64,000 bases of DNA from Candidatus Aegiribacteria sp. (lineage in GTDB: Bacteria > Fermentibacterota > Fermentibacteria > Fermentibacterales > JCC-6): positions 18,007 through 82,006 of the forward strand of contig JAUWMQ010000002.1 in NCBI GenBank assembly GCA_030613065.1. Direction: 5' to 3'. Position numbers and translations under genes: made by a program. Shown one piece after another: positions 29,757 to 39,138 of the stretch (its first letter is position 1; each line of letters starts with the position of its first letter). Below the pieces are notes generated by a model that did no database searches, was not told the DNA's origin, and saw nothing but the letters and a program-made list of their open reading frames with translations.

Positions 29757-30029
29757 ATGAGGTTGATACCAATAATACTGGTAGCGCTTCTGCCGTCGGT
29801 AATGCTAGCCGGCGTAACCGTATCCTCCTGCACTGCTGATGTTGACAGTTTTATCAGCATCGCCAGAGAGGCAATGGAGGATGGTAACTACGTTACCGCG
29901 TTTGCTCTGTATGAATGCGCTCTCCGAAGAGAACCCCACTCTTCAGAAGCTCTCGCAGGCTGTCTTATGGCCAGGGCTTTTATGGTGGAGTGTTGTTCTG
30001 CAACGCAGATTCAGGTTACTTTACGCTGA
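29757..30029 (+). CDS. Small secreted/lipo-protein (90 aa) downstream of the tandem c-di-GMP riboswitches; helical TPR-like mature region
   Basis: Strong SD GAGGAGG at 29741..29747, then an ATG at 29757. Signal peptide MRLIPIILVALLPSVMLAGVTVSSC. The ORF-track N-terminal extension from 29622 is the riboswitch itself. Confidence 0.5.
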   Translation: MRLIPIILVALLPSVMLAGVTVSSCTADVDSFISIAREAMEDGNYVTAFALYECALRREPHSSEALAGCLMARAFMVECCSATQIQVTLR

Positions 30030-30051
30030 CGGTGGCATTCCGCTGGTGCCG

Positions 30052-30075
30052 GGGACGGGCCTTGAGGCCCGTCCC
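30052..30075. terminator. Bidirectional stem-loop between the convergent small protein gene and serS
   Basis: Perfect 10-bp stem GGGACGGGCC-TTGA-GGCCCGTCCC located between the two stop codons. There is no strong U-tract on either side. Confidence 0.45.
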
Positions 30076-30084
30076 GCCTTTGAA

Positions 30085-31344
30085 TTATCCCAGAATTTCT
30101 ATCCCGGTTCTTTCTGCCAGCACTTTCGGCAACATGATCTTCCCTGATTCCGTCTGACCATTCTCTATAATGGCAGCCATGATTCTTGGAAGGGCCAGCC
30201 CCGAGCCGTTGAGTGTATGTACATACTGAAGCTTCCCTCCACCCGCGGGCCTGTATCTTATACCGCCCCTTCTTGATTGAAAATCGCGGAAATTTGATAC
30301 TGATGAAACTTCAAGCCACTTTTCCTGTCCTGCGGACCATACCTCAAAATCGTAGCATTTCGCGGCTGCAAAGCTGAGATCACCTGTTGCCAGAAGAGAA
30401 ATCCTGTATGGAAGGTTCAGTAATTCAAGCATTTCCCCCACATGTACGGCCATTTTCTCAAGTGTTGCTTCAGAATTCTCTGGTTTGACCATCTGCACCA
30501 TTTCAACTTTTTCGAACTGGTGTACTCTGTTGAGACCTCTGGTGTCCTTACCATAGCTTCCCGCTTCCCGTCTGAAACAGGGAGAATAGCCGAAAATCCT
30601 GATGGGAAGGTCATTTTCCTGCAGTATGGAATCACGATAGAGATTTGTAAGAGGAACCTCTCCGGTGGGGACAAGAAAAAGGTCATCCTTCTCTATGTGA
30701 TACATGTCATCTTCAAGCTTCGGGATCTGCCCGGTTGAAGTCATGCTTTCCCTGTTGGCAAGGAAAGGAACCCAGATTTCTTCCATGTCTGCCCTGTGGT
30801 GGAAATCCATCATCCAGTTTATAAGAATTCTCTGAAGCCAGGCAGCCCAGCCTCTGAGAAGAATGAAGTTGGATCCTGCTATTGATCCCGAAGCTTTCTG
30901 GTCGAAGAGCTCTCCAAGGAGTTCCCAGTGGGGAAGAGCTTTGAAATCAAAAGAGGGTTTCTCCTCGACGGTTAATATAATTCTGTTGAAGGTTTCATCA
31001 CTGCCGAGCGGAACATCAGGGTCCGGAATGTTGGGAAAATAAAGTTCCAGTTCACTCATCCTGGCGTCTGTAGCATCAAGGTCCTTCTCAAAGGAGGCGA
31101 TTTTTTCACCTGTCTCCCTGCTTTCCAGTATCCGGGCGTCCGCCTCTTTTCCCTCCTTTTTCAGGGAAGAGACTTCCTTGGAGAGTTCATTTCTGCGCCT
31201 TCTCAGTTCCTCGGTTTCACCAAGCAGCGAGCGTCTTCTTTCATCAAGCTCAAGCCATTCATCAATCGGGCAGGGTTCACCTTTGTTCACAGCTGCTGCG
31301 CGTACTCTGTCCGAGTTATTTCTAAGAAGTGCCCTGTCCAGCAT
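30085..31344 (-). CDS. serS: Seryl-tRNA synthetase
   Basis: 419 aa with the N-terminal coiled-coil arm (MLDRALLRNNSDRVRAAAVNKGE...). Class II motifs are present (FRREAGSYGKDTRGLNRVHQFEKVE; motif 3 GSGLALPRIMAAIIEN). Confidence 0.95.
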   Translation of the reverse strand: MLDRALLRNNSDRVRAAAVNKGEPCPIDEWLELDERRRSLLGETEELRRRRNELSKEVSSLKKEGKEADARILESRETGEKIASFEKDLDATDARMSELELYFPNIPDPDVPLGSDETFNRIILTVEEKPSFDFKALPHWELLGELFDQKASGSIAGSNFILLRGWAAWLQRILINWMMDFHHRADMEEIWVPFLANRESMTSTGQIPKLEDDMYHIEKDDLFLVPTGEVPLTNLYRDSILQENDLPIRIFGYSPCFRREAGSYGKDTRGLNRVHQFEKVEMVQMVKPENSEATLEKMAVHVGEMLELLNLPYRISLLATGDLSFAAAKCYDFEVWSAGQEKWLEVSSVSNFRDFQSRRGGIRYRPAGGGKLQYVHTLNGSGLALPRIMAAIIENGQTESGKIMLPKVLAERTGIEILG

Positions 31345-31375
31345 TATAAGTCTCCCTGTCCTGTTGTGAATACGA

Positions 31376-31720
31376 TCAGAAATGGGGTATGAATACCAGC
31401 AGGCCTACGGCTAGAGCAGCAGCAGCAGCAAGGAGAACGGAACCTGCCGCGAGGTCTTTCGCTTTCTGAACCGAATCGTGCCACTCCGGCGCGGTATGGT
31501 CTGCCAGGAATTCAAGAGCGCTGTTCATTGCTTCCGCGGATAGAACCATTCCGACTGCAAGGGCAATAAGAGTCCACTCCCCCAGGTTAAGGCTCACAAG
31601 TAATCCTAGAGCAATAACAAAAACAAGCGCGAAAAGATGGATTCTTGCATTCATCTGGGTCGCCAGAAGTGTACCTATCCCTCTGAAAGCGTATCTGAAA
31701 CTTCTGAGTCTATTTTTCAT
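31376..31720 (-). CDS. dgkA: Diacylglycerol kinase (prokaryotic DgkA family) / undecaprenol kinase-like
   Basis: MKNRLRSFRYAFRGIGTLLATQMNARIHLFALVFVIALG...EAMNSALEFLADH matches the DgkA signature. The start was chosen at the ATG abutting the upstream PAP2 stop, not the longer ORF-track start. Confidence 0.8.
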   Translation of the reverse strand: MKNRLRSFRYAFRGIGTLLATQMNARIHLFALVFVIALGLLVSLNLGEWTLIALAVGMVLSAEAMNSALEFLADHTAPEWHDSVQKAKDLAAGSVLLAAAAALAVGLLVFIPHF

Positions 31721-31721
31721 A

Positions 31722-32468
31722 TCAGAAACATACTCCAAATCCTCCGGGACTGCTCCATCTGATTCCCAGGGTTGGGTAAATCTGCTGGCTGGAAGACGCA
31801 CCATCTTCATGTGCCGCCGCGACCGCAAGCCCCACGGATATTCCAATAGCTGCCCCGGCAATTACATCCGAAGGATAGTGCTTTCCAATAATGACTCGCG
31901 AAAGCATTGTAAATGTTGCTACTGCTGCAGCGGGGATGCCTGCACCGGGGCCGTAACTGTCCCATAGAATAACAGCCGCGCAGGCTGTACCGGAAGAATG
32001 TCCCGAAGGGAAACTGTGACTGCCGCTTAAGTCCGGTCGCGTTCTGCCCGACGCGAGTTTCATCACGCCGGTGAGGCCGTAGGTCAGAAGGAGACCCTCA
32101 GTAAGCATCTGACCGGTATCTTCGACACCGGGGGAATCCGTGAGAGAACCTGCTGCCCATGTTAAAGAAGAAGCTCCTAAAAGTGTCAGGCCGAAGGCTT
32201 TGTCGCAAACCATCGACATATCCCTCAGACACCCCTCACTCACGCAGCCATCTTTGCTTTCAAGCATGAAAGCCCCGGCTGTAACTGCCCCGCCGAGGCC
32301 GATAACCGCCAGCGGCTCGCTAGCGAACATGTGGTGGATGTCCTCCCCGATGAAATGGAAGAAATCATCGCCTGTAACCTCTGAGATCAGAAAAAAGGTT
32401 AATGTCAGGAGAATCAGACCTCGCGGCCGCCTAACCTTTCTCGGCATAGAAAGCCTTGATGGTTTCAA
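31722..32468 (-). CDS. PAP2-family membrane phosphatase (undecaprenyl-diphosphatase-like)
   Basis: PAP2 motifs: KLASGRTRP (KxxxxxxRP), SFPSGHS (PSGH) and a C-terminal SRVIIGKHYPSDV (SRxxxxxHxxxD). Confidence 0.8.
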   Translation of the reverse strand: MKPSRLSMPRKVRRPRGLILLTLTFFLISEVTGDDFFHFIGEDIHHMFASEPLAVIGLGGAVTAGAFMLESKDGCVSEGCLRDMSMVCDKAFGLTLLGASSLTWAAGSLTDSPGVEDTGQMLTEGLLLTYGLTGVMKLASGRTRPDLSGSHSFPSGHSSGTACAAVILWDSYGPGAGIPAAAVATFTMLSRVIIGKHYPSDVIAGAAIGISVGLAVAAAHEDGASSSQQIYPTLGIRWSSPGGFGVCF

Positions 32469-33594
32469 CTACTTCAACAAGCTCTTCTTCCGTAAGCTCT
32501 CCGAAAACCGGGATGGACAGAACTTCCTTTGAAACTGTTTCAGAGACAGGAAAATCACCCTCTCCGTAACCAAGACAATCAAAGCATTTCTGAAGATGTA
32601 GGGGCATCGGATAGTAAACCGCACACCCGATACCATGTTCCCGAAGGTAATTAAGAAGTTCGTCCCGGTCAGATGCCTTGGCCTTAATAGTATACTGGTT
32701 GTATACGGACCACGCATTCTTCCTTATCACAGGAGTGGTGACCTGTTTAACCCCCTTTAATGCTTTGCTGTAGAAACTGGCGTTCTTTCGTCGTCCATCG
32801 TGCCAGCTTTCAAGATGTGCCAGTTTAACCCTGAGAAATCCGGCCTGAATGGCATCGAGGCGCGAATTGAAACCCACTTCTTCATGGATATAGCCCCTGC
32901 CGCCATGCTCTCTCAGGCTGACTATCGTGTCAGCAATCTCCGGCGAGTCAGTAGTGACCATGCCTCCGTCACCCAGGGCTCCGAGGTTCTTGGACGGGAA
33001 GAAACTGAAACAGCCCGCCGCACCGATGGAACCCGCCCTCTTCTGCGACCACTTCGCTCCCACTGCCTGGCAGGCGTCCTCAACAACTGGAATCTGCCAG
33101 TCATTGCAGATAGACATGATTCTATCCATATCAGCCAGCTGTCCGAACAGATGAACGGGCATCACTGCACCGATCCTTGAACCATTGCTTCTTTCAACAA
33201 CGCCCCTGTTTGTAACGACGCAGTTATCAGTCAGCCATTTGGATAGAAGCTCCGGATCGATGTTGAATGTATCGGGAAGAATATCCAGGAACAGAGGGAT
33301 ACCACCTGCCCTCACTATTGCTCCCGCTGAGGCGAAAAAGGTGAAAGGGGTGGTCAGAACAACATCTCCAGGTTTAACACCGACAGCCATGAGAGCGAGG
33401 ATAAGAGCATCTGTACCGGAAGCACATCCGATCGCTCTGTCAGTACCGCAGTACTCAGCAAATTCTTTCTCCAGCTGCTCCATTTCTGGACCCTTTATAA
33501 ACAGTGATGTTTCAAGAGCAGTGTTGAAAACGTAGCGGAGATCTTCGAGTATCGGCTGATGCTGTCTGTTGATATCGAGTAGAGGAACTGCCAT
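32431..33594 (-). CDS. DegT/DnrJ/EryC1/StrS-family PLP-dependent sugar aminotransferase
   Basis: 387 aa containing CASGTDALILAL, the lysine region FSFFPSKNLGALGDGG (PLP-binding K) and an overall DegT pattern. Confidence 0.9.
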   Translation of the reverse strand: MAVPLLDINRQHQPILEDLRYVFNTALETSLFIKGPEMEQLEKEFAEYCGTDRAIGCASGTDALILALMAVGVKPGDVVLTTPFTFFASAGAIVRAGGIPLFLDILPDTFNIDPELLSKWLTDNCVVTNRGVVERSNGSRIGAVMPVHLFGQLADMDRIMSICNDWQIPVVEDACQAVGAKWSQKRAGSIGAAGCFSFFPSKNLGALGDGGMVTTDSPEIADTIVSLREHGGRGYIHEEVGFNSRLDAIQAGFLRVKLAHLESWHDGRRKNASFYSKALKGVKQVTTPVIRKNAWSVYNQYTIKAKASDRDELLNYLREHGIGCAVYYPMPLHLQKCFDCLGYGEGDFPVSETVSKEVLSIPVFGELTEEELVEVVETIKAFYAEKG

Positions 33595-33615
33595 TTAGTT
33601 TTCCTTTCAAATAAT

Positions 33616-34953
33616 CTAATGAGCCCCGGCGCCAGTCAGGACAACCTTCAGTGTGCGGGCAAGAATCTCGAGATCAAGGAATATCGACTGGTTTTCGATA
33701 TAGTAGAAATCGTACCTTAATTTATTCGCTACACTTTCCATATTTACATCATACTCAAGTTTAACCTGAGCCCATCCCGTCAGACCCGGTTTGATAGTGA
33801 GTCTTTTCTGATAGAAGGGGAACATCTTCCTGAGCTCATCAACAAATACTGGCCGCTCCGGTCTTGGACCTACAATAGACATCTCGCCCTTAAGCACATT
33901 TATCAGCTGGGGTGTCTCGTCGATGCGGGATTTTCTGAGGTGTTTTCCAAGGCGTGTTACCCTGGAATCATTCTTACCTGCCCAGACAGGCCCACTTCTC
34001 TTTTCCGCGTCGTTTACCATGCTTCTGAACTTGAATACCTTGAAGATCTTCCCCCCTTTACCAACCCTTTTCTGGCGATAGAAGACAGGACCCTTTGAGT
34101 CGAGCTTGATCAGCACTGCCAGAAGCAGCCATACAGGAAGGCCTGCCAGGAGAACAAAAAAGCTGATGAAGTAATCAATGAACACTTTCACGATCTTCTG
34201 CCAGAAAGTCAACCGCTCTGGAAGTATTTCCATGAAAGGCTGTCCCATTATCTGGGTACTGTGAACATGGCCGGTTACAATATCAAACAGATCCGGAACC
34301 ACTTTTACCCTGATTCCCTCTCCCGCGGCGGGAAGGAGAAGGGAAAGAATATCGTTATGGAAATTCGATGCAATCGTGACAAGCAGTTCCCTTACTGAGA
34401 ATTCCTTTATTATTCCGGGCAGGTCCTTCACTGTGCAAAGGATTCTATCCTCAGGTACTGTCCTCAAAGAGTCAATCTTACAAGGGTCTACAAAACCCAC
34501 CATATCATAACCCAATGCTCTGTTTTCACGGAGGTAACGTTCGAGGCTGGAAGCTGCTTCTCCAGTTCCGACGATTGCTGCCCGGCGGACAAGGAGACCC
34601 TTTTTGGCGAACATTCTTTCCAGAATTCGCATACAGCCCCGAGCAATAAAGACAAAAAGAAGAAGAGCTGCATAATAGAATACTATTACCCATCTGCCAA
34701 TAGAAGCTGAAGGTGATACAAGGAAAGCACCAAAAAACAGTATTATGAAGCCGGAAGTAACTGGCTTCACCACAAGTTTCAATTCGTCCGCCCAGCTCAT
34801 GTCCCAGTGCAGTCTGTAGGAACCTGATACCCCAAAAATCAGCCACCAGAAAGGTACCGACAGCAATGCCCCTGAGAATGTGACGCTGTTTGAAATAGAG
34901 ACAGCGTCTGCAAAAAAGCCCGAATCGAATTTGATCCATGATGAAAAGCACAT
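33616..34953 (-). CDS. Polyprenyl-phosphate hexose-1-phosphate transferase (WbaP/PglC bacterial sugar transferase family), the initiating enzyme
   Basis: The C-terminal catalytic domain PVFYRQKRVGKGGKIFKVFKFRSM...DETPQLINVLKGEMSIVGPRPERP is diagnostic. The N-terminal has TM helices and a CoA-binding-like region. Confidence 0.85.
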   Translation of the reverse strand: MCFSSWIKFDSGFFADAVSISNSVTFSGALLSVPFWWLIFGVSGSYRLHWDMSWADELKLVVKPVTSGFIILFFGAFLVSPSASIGRWVIVFYYAALLLFVFIARGCMRILERMFAKKGLLVRRAAIVGTGEAASSLERYLRENRALGYDMVGFVDPCKIDSLRTVPEDRILCTVKDLPGIIKEFSVRELLVTIASNFHNDILSLLLPAAGEGIRVKVVPDLFDIVTGHVHSTQIMGQPFMEILPERLTFWQKIVKVFIDYFISFFVLLAGLPVWLLLAVLIKLDSKGPVFYRQKRVGKGGKIFKVFKFRSMVNDAEKRSGPVWAGKNDSRVTRLGKHLRKSRIDETPQLINVLKGEMSIVGPRPERPVFVDELRKMFPFYQKRLTIKPGLTGWAQVKLEYDVNMESVANKLRYDFYYIENQSIFLDLEILARTLKVVLTGAGAH

Positions 34954-35009
34954 AGCCAGAAATACTGCTACCCCATCGAATATTATACCCAGAATAAGAC
35001 TTTTGTTCT

Positions 35010-36140
35010 TCAGTTCTTTCTGCCTTCCGACTTCTTCTCCCAGGTTTCTACCGGATTTCCTAACCGTAATATACCATTAACAGACGCGATACTCATAAGC
35101 CAGAAATAATAGGGAAAAAGAAGCTTTGAAGGCAAATACCGTTTCAACAGCAATCCTGCCGCGGCTGTTGCATGGAAGAGGCACATCAGGATGAAGAGAA
35201 TCAGATAGAATAGCCCATCAGAAAGAAACCCGGCAAGAACGGTAGCTGAAGCAAAAAGAAGACCAGAAAACCACCTGAGAAATTTGTGCACAAGGAGCTG
35301 CAGAAAGAGCAGGAAATTTCTCTTCTTCAGGGCTTTTCCCATGAGTAATGCACCGCTTATGAACATCCAGCTTACTATCCTCACCAATCTATGGTACTGC
35401 TTCGAATCGTCTGGAGAGGGTTCTACGGCTACTGCATTTCCGTTAAATACACATGAAAAGCCCTGTATCCTTGTCATTACAGACAGTTCGAAATCATCCG
35501 CTCTTCTTGAGGACAACGGCATGAAAAGTCCTCTCCTTAATGCAAACACAGCTCCCGTGGCCCCAAGAACTGCTCCAAAATATGAACACAATTTCTTAAT
35601 CGTTGTCTCGTACTTCCAGTAGATACTTTCGCATGTATCCGCATTCAGGCTGTTCCTGCGGGAGCCGTCAACGCAACCTACGGACGGGTCCGAGAAAGGA
35701 GTGACAAGTTCTCTGACGGTGGAAGGGGCGAAAACAGTATCAGCATCCGAAAAAACGAGGATATCTCCATTCGACAGTTCCAGCAGTTTCTTTATCATCA
35801 GGGGTTTTCCGATACGCTCCCCGCTTCGATGCACTATCACTCCCTGATCTCTGAAAGCTCCTGCTATAGCATCCGTTTCGTCATCCGAACCGTCTGAACC
35901 AATAAGGATTTCGATTGAACCGCCGTAATTCTGTTCAAGGAGGTTAAGAATTCTTGAGGCAATCACACTCTCTTCATTCCTTGCCGCTATCAGTACACTG
36001 ACAGAAGGCCACTCTTCCGGCTCTTTCCACGAAGAGGAATATTTCCTGAAAAACATGGAGACACTGATGAGAACCGATGGATAGATGAGCCAGGGAGAAA
36101 GAAACAAACCCAGTACAATCCAGAAGGGGAGAGTATTCAT
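35010..36140 (-). CDS. GT2 glycosyltransferase with C-terminal TM helices
   Basis: PSVSVLIAARNEE, GSDGSDDET and VFSDADTVF form the DxD/GT2 core. Confidence 0.75.
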   Translation of the reverse strand: MNTLPFWIVLGLFLSPWLIYPSVLISVSMFFRKYSSSWKEPEEWPSVSVLIAARNEESVIASRILNLLEQNYGGSIEILIGSDGSDDETDAIAGAFRDQGVIVHRSGERIGKPLMIKKLLELSNGDILVFSDADTVFAPSTVRELVTPFSDPSVGCVDGSRRNSLNADTCESIYWKYETTIKKLCSYFGAVLGATGAVFALRRGLFMPLSSRRADDFELSVMTRIQGFSCVFNGNAVAVEPSPDDSKQYHRLVRIVSWMFISGALLMGKALKKRNFLLFLQLLVHKFLRWFSGLLFASATVLAGFLSDGLFYLILFILMCLFHATAAAGLLLKRYLPSKLLFPYYFWLMSIASVNGILRLGNPVETWEKKSEGRKN

Positions 36141-37663
36141 TAACCCTCTTCCCGTGAAATTCTGCTTCTTCTGAACAGGTGCTTACGGAAGGTTCCGAAA
36201 GCCCGGAGCGTTCTTCTTCCCTCTGTAAGGGGGTGTCTCAGAGACTGAATTCCCTTGTAAAGAAGGTACCGGGGGCGGAGGTAAAAGCGTTTTCTGGCGA
36301 TATTGCACCATTCCAACAGGATTTCCGACGGAAGTTCCGGGAGGTCCACAACGCAGTTGTGTAAGCCCTCTTCCGTTACCCACCGATCGTAGTTCTCGGT
36401 TCTGAGTTTTCCCTCTTTTCTGTACCGGTCGTAAAGCCTTGTTCCGGGGTATGCCATAATGGGAAAAAACTGAGCGGTATCCGGGGCGAGGCTCAAAGAC
36501 ATCTTGAAGGTTTCCTCAAGAGTTTCGGGTGTTTCTCCGGGGTTGCCGGCCATGAAGCATCCGTGAACCAGAAGACCCGCTTTTTCTGCCCTTCTGGCGA
36601 ATTCCATATTCTGCACGACTGTTGTTCCCTTGTTGACGGCATTAAGAATTTCCTGTGAACCGGATTCATAACCGACGATAATCAGCCTGCAGCCTGCAGC
36701 CTTCATTTTACGCATGGCTTCAAGAGAGAGGTTGGCTCTGACGTTGGCTGTCCATGGAATTCGATTACCGTTCCTTAATAGAACCTCGGAGATGTCCTCG
36801 ACCCTCTTGCTGTCAATTGAAAAGGTGTCGTCTTCTATAACTATTTCCTGGATACCGGGGAAATGATCATGAAAAAGCCGGAATTCCTCCGCTACATGTT
36901 CCGCTGACCGAACTCGGTAGCTCTCCCTGTGCATGACCTGCGGCCAGACACAGAAGGAGCATTTGTAGGGACAACCGCGGCTTGTAATAGTCATCACGCT
37001 GGGGAACCTTGCCGCGGCGAAGAAATAATTCTCCGGCTTAAGATGCCTGCTGTAGACATCAGCAAGGAATGAGAGGGAATCAAGATCATCTATCATTTCC
37101 CTTGGGCCTGTGTCAACCAGTTCTCCCCTGATATTAAGGCAGAGCCCCGGTACGCCGGACAGGTCTCCTCCTCCGTCCAGTTTTTCAGCCACCTCAACAA
37201 GAGTGTTGTCGTATTCTCCCACGGCGACAGCGTCCAAAGATGGAGCCAACCTCAGGGACTCGGCGGGAAGGGCGCTGACATGGGTTCCTACAAGCAGAAT
37301 GAAAGTGCGCGGAAGATATGCCTTTATCATGGAAGCGATTCTCAGATCACTGTAGATGGAAGGAGTAGAAGTATCTACTACAGTAAGCTCCGGATTGTAT
37401 TCAACCAGCCTCCGAAGCATATCACGCTCATTGATGCCTTCTGCGGGGCAGTCAAGAAACAGGGCTTCATGCCCTGCCCCTTCAAGAGCTCCTGTCCCGT
37501 GGGCCAGCCAGAAGGGCCAGTACAGGGTTCCACTTTTGTTAATGGCCGGGGAGCGGGAGGTCCTTGAAAACCGACCGTTCATGAATGGAAGATTAACAAC
37601 CGCTGCTTTCATGATGTGATTGCTCCAATTCTGTCCGCAATTGCCGAGGCGGTTCTTTCCCAC
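36140..37663 (-). CDS. B12-binding (class B) radical SAM enzyme
   Basis: N-terminal cobalamin-binding Rossmann region and the radical SAM triad SRGCPYKCSFCVWP. The 507-aa length fits. It is embedded in the glycan operon. Confidence 0.8.
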   Translation of the reverse strand: MGKNRLGNCGQNWSNHIMKAAVVNLPFMNGRFSRTSRSPAINKSGTLYWPFWLAHGTGALEGAGHEALFLDCPAEGINERDMLRRLVEYNPELTVVDTSTPSIYSDLRIASMIKAYLPRTFILLVGTHVSALPAESLRLAPSLDAVAVGEYDNTLVEVAEKLDGGGDLSGVPGLCLNIRGELVDTGPREMIDDLDSLSFLADVYSRHLKPENYFFAAARFPSVMTITSRGCPYKCSFCVWPQVMHRESYRVRSAEHVAEEFRLFHDHFPGIQEIVIEDDTFSIDSKRVEDISEVLLRNGNRIPWTANVRANLSLEAMRKMKAAGCRLIIVGYESGSQEILNAVNKGTTVVQNMEFARRAEKAGLLVHGCFMAGNPGETPETLEETFKMSLSLAPDTAQFFPIMAYPGTRLYDRYRKEGKLRTENYDRWVTEEGLHNCVVDLPELPSEILLEWCNIARKRFYLRPRYLLYKGIQSLRHPLTEGRRTLRAFGTFRKHLFRRSRISREEG

Positions 37664-38700
37664 GAATAGTTGCCAGCCCTATCGAGAGCCTTTCGGGAAA
37701 GCTCTCTTCTGAGTTCAGGCTGAGAAGTGAGCATGGCCATTCCTCGCATTATATCCTCAACTGATTCAGGATTCACAAGAATGCCCGCGTCACCGACCAG
37801 TTCCTCAAGAGCTGTTCCAGCGGAAGCCACAACAGGAGAACCGGCAGCCATGGCTTCAAGGGCTGGAAGGCCGAAACCCTCCTTCAGTGACGGAATCACC
37901 AGGCCTGCACAGGAGCGGTACAGTTTTCTCAGTTCATCGTCTGTAACATGGGATAGAACCGTAATACTGTCCGTTGCGGAGCAGTCCTCTATATCGCGCA
38001 TGAAATCACGGAAGGCCCTGTCCCTGCGGACGACCATTTTCATTCCGGGGAAACGGGGATTGATAGCTTTCAGTCTTGCGTAAGCGACGATAAGCCTTGT
38101 AACGTTCTTGTAGGCCCTGGCGTTTCCTACATAGAGAAGGTAATCCTGTCTTTCGCCCACCCATTTTTCATCACGGGAGAACAGGTCCTGACCAGCTCCT
38201 GCAATAAATGCTTTCGTTTCTGCTCCGGGGAAAGTTTTGCGCAGATCACTGAGAGATGCCTCCGAAGGAACAGATATTGAGCGGGCGTGATCGATCGATC
38301 TCCTGATTCTTCTCCCGAACAGTAATCTTTCGAGGATATTTCTGAAGAAACTGCTTCCAAAATATCCAGGTACGTTCAGTACCATAAGGTCATGAACCGA
38401 CAGAAGCGTTGGAATGGATGGTGATGGCCCAGCCATTGATAAGTTCAGATAACAGTCGGCTCCGGAAGATTCAATGAGAGGAACAAGTTCGCTGTTCTCC
38501 GTCTTGCGTAATCTCGCCGCACTGCATAGGACAGGTTCCACGGGCAGGCTTTGAACATACGGCACTTCTTCCGGATTAACGATAACGGAGAGCTTCCAGT
38601 TCGGTTTAAGCTCGGAGAGGGCTCTTATCACCCCCAGGGAATACCTGCTTATACTATCATGCGGTATCCTGAGGGCTCTGGCGTCCAGTATAAGTCTCAT
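37609..38700 (-). CDS. GT1/GT4 glycosyltransferase
   Basis: C-terminal EX7E region IPSLKEGFGLPALEAMAAGSPVVAS. Confidence 0.8.
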   Translation of the reverse strand: MRLILDARALRIPHDSISRYSLGVIRALSELKPNWKLSVIVNPEEVPYVQSLPVEPVLCSAARLRKTENSELVPLIESSGADCYLNLSMAGPSPSIPTLLSVHDLMVLNVPGYFGSSFFRNILERLLFGRRIRRSIDHARSISVPSEASLSDLRKTFPGAETKAFIAGAGQDLFSRDEKWVGERQDYLLYVGNARAYKNVTRLIVAYARLKAINPRFPGMKMVVRRDRAFRDFMRDIEDCSATDSITVLSHVTDDELRKLYRSCAGLVIPSLKEGFGLPALEAMAAGSPVVASAGTALEELVGDAGILVNPESVEDIMRGMAMLTSQPELRRELSRKALDRAGNYSWERTASAIADRIGAITS

Positions 38701-39138
38701 GAATTACTCCCAGCCTGAGAGTGTACTACATCTATAAGTATAATAACTGTCTCTCGATCATCATGCACAGAACAAAATAATCCCTGTAAACTAATGCATA
38801 TATATACACAGAGTAATCTCCCCTGGATATTCTGATTCATTTCCCGGTCCGTGAAGTTTCAAGGATACAGCTATCAGTGGATATATCAGCTGTTCCTGTT
38901 ATTAGAAATAGTGATTGAACGGACTGATACGCTGTAAACACTTCAATCCATAATTGACATGTGATGACTGTTCACGGTATTGTCGTTTTTGGTAGATACC
39001 ATTCAGCATAGAAAGGTCTGTTGAAGTTTTCCACTTAGTACCGATATTCCTCGGAAGACAAAGTGTGCCTGTTTATGGATGCGGATTGCAGGTAAATTGA
39101 TGTAGAGAGCACTATAATACTTTCAAGCAAGGGATTAA

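Noticed and set aside
29622-30029. 135-aa ORF from the ORF track beginning MTQCKPEETPGRK...
   Set aside because: Its first 45 codons are simply the second GEMM aptamer read in frame. A strong SD GAGGAGG followed by an ATG at 29757 and a signal peptide mark the real start, so only the 90-aa version was kept.
38701-39138. 440-bp divergent intergenic region between GT1 (-) and GT9 (+), examined for ncRNA or a regulatory element
   Set aside because: It contains a plausible TTGACA -35 element and AT-rich tracts, as expected for divergent promoters. No conserved RNA motif or repeat could be recognised, so nothing specific can be claimed.
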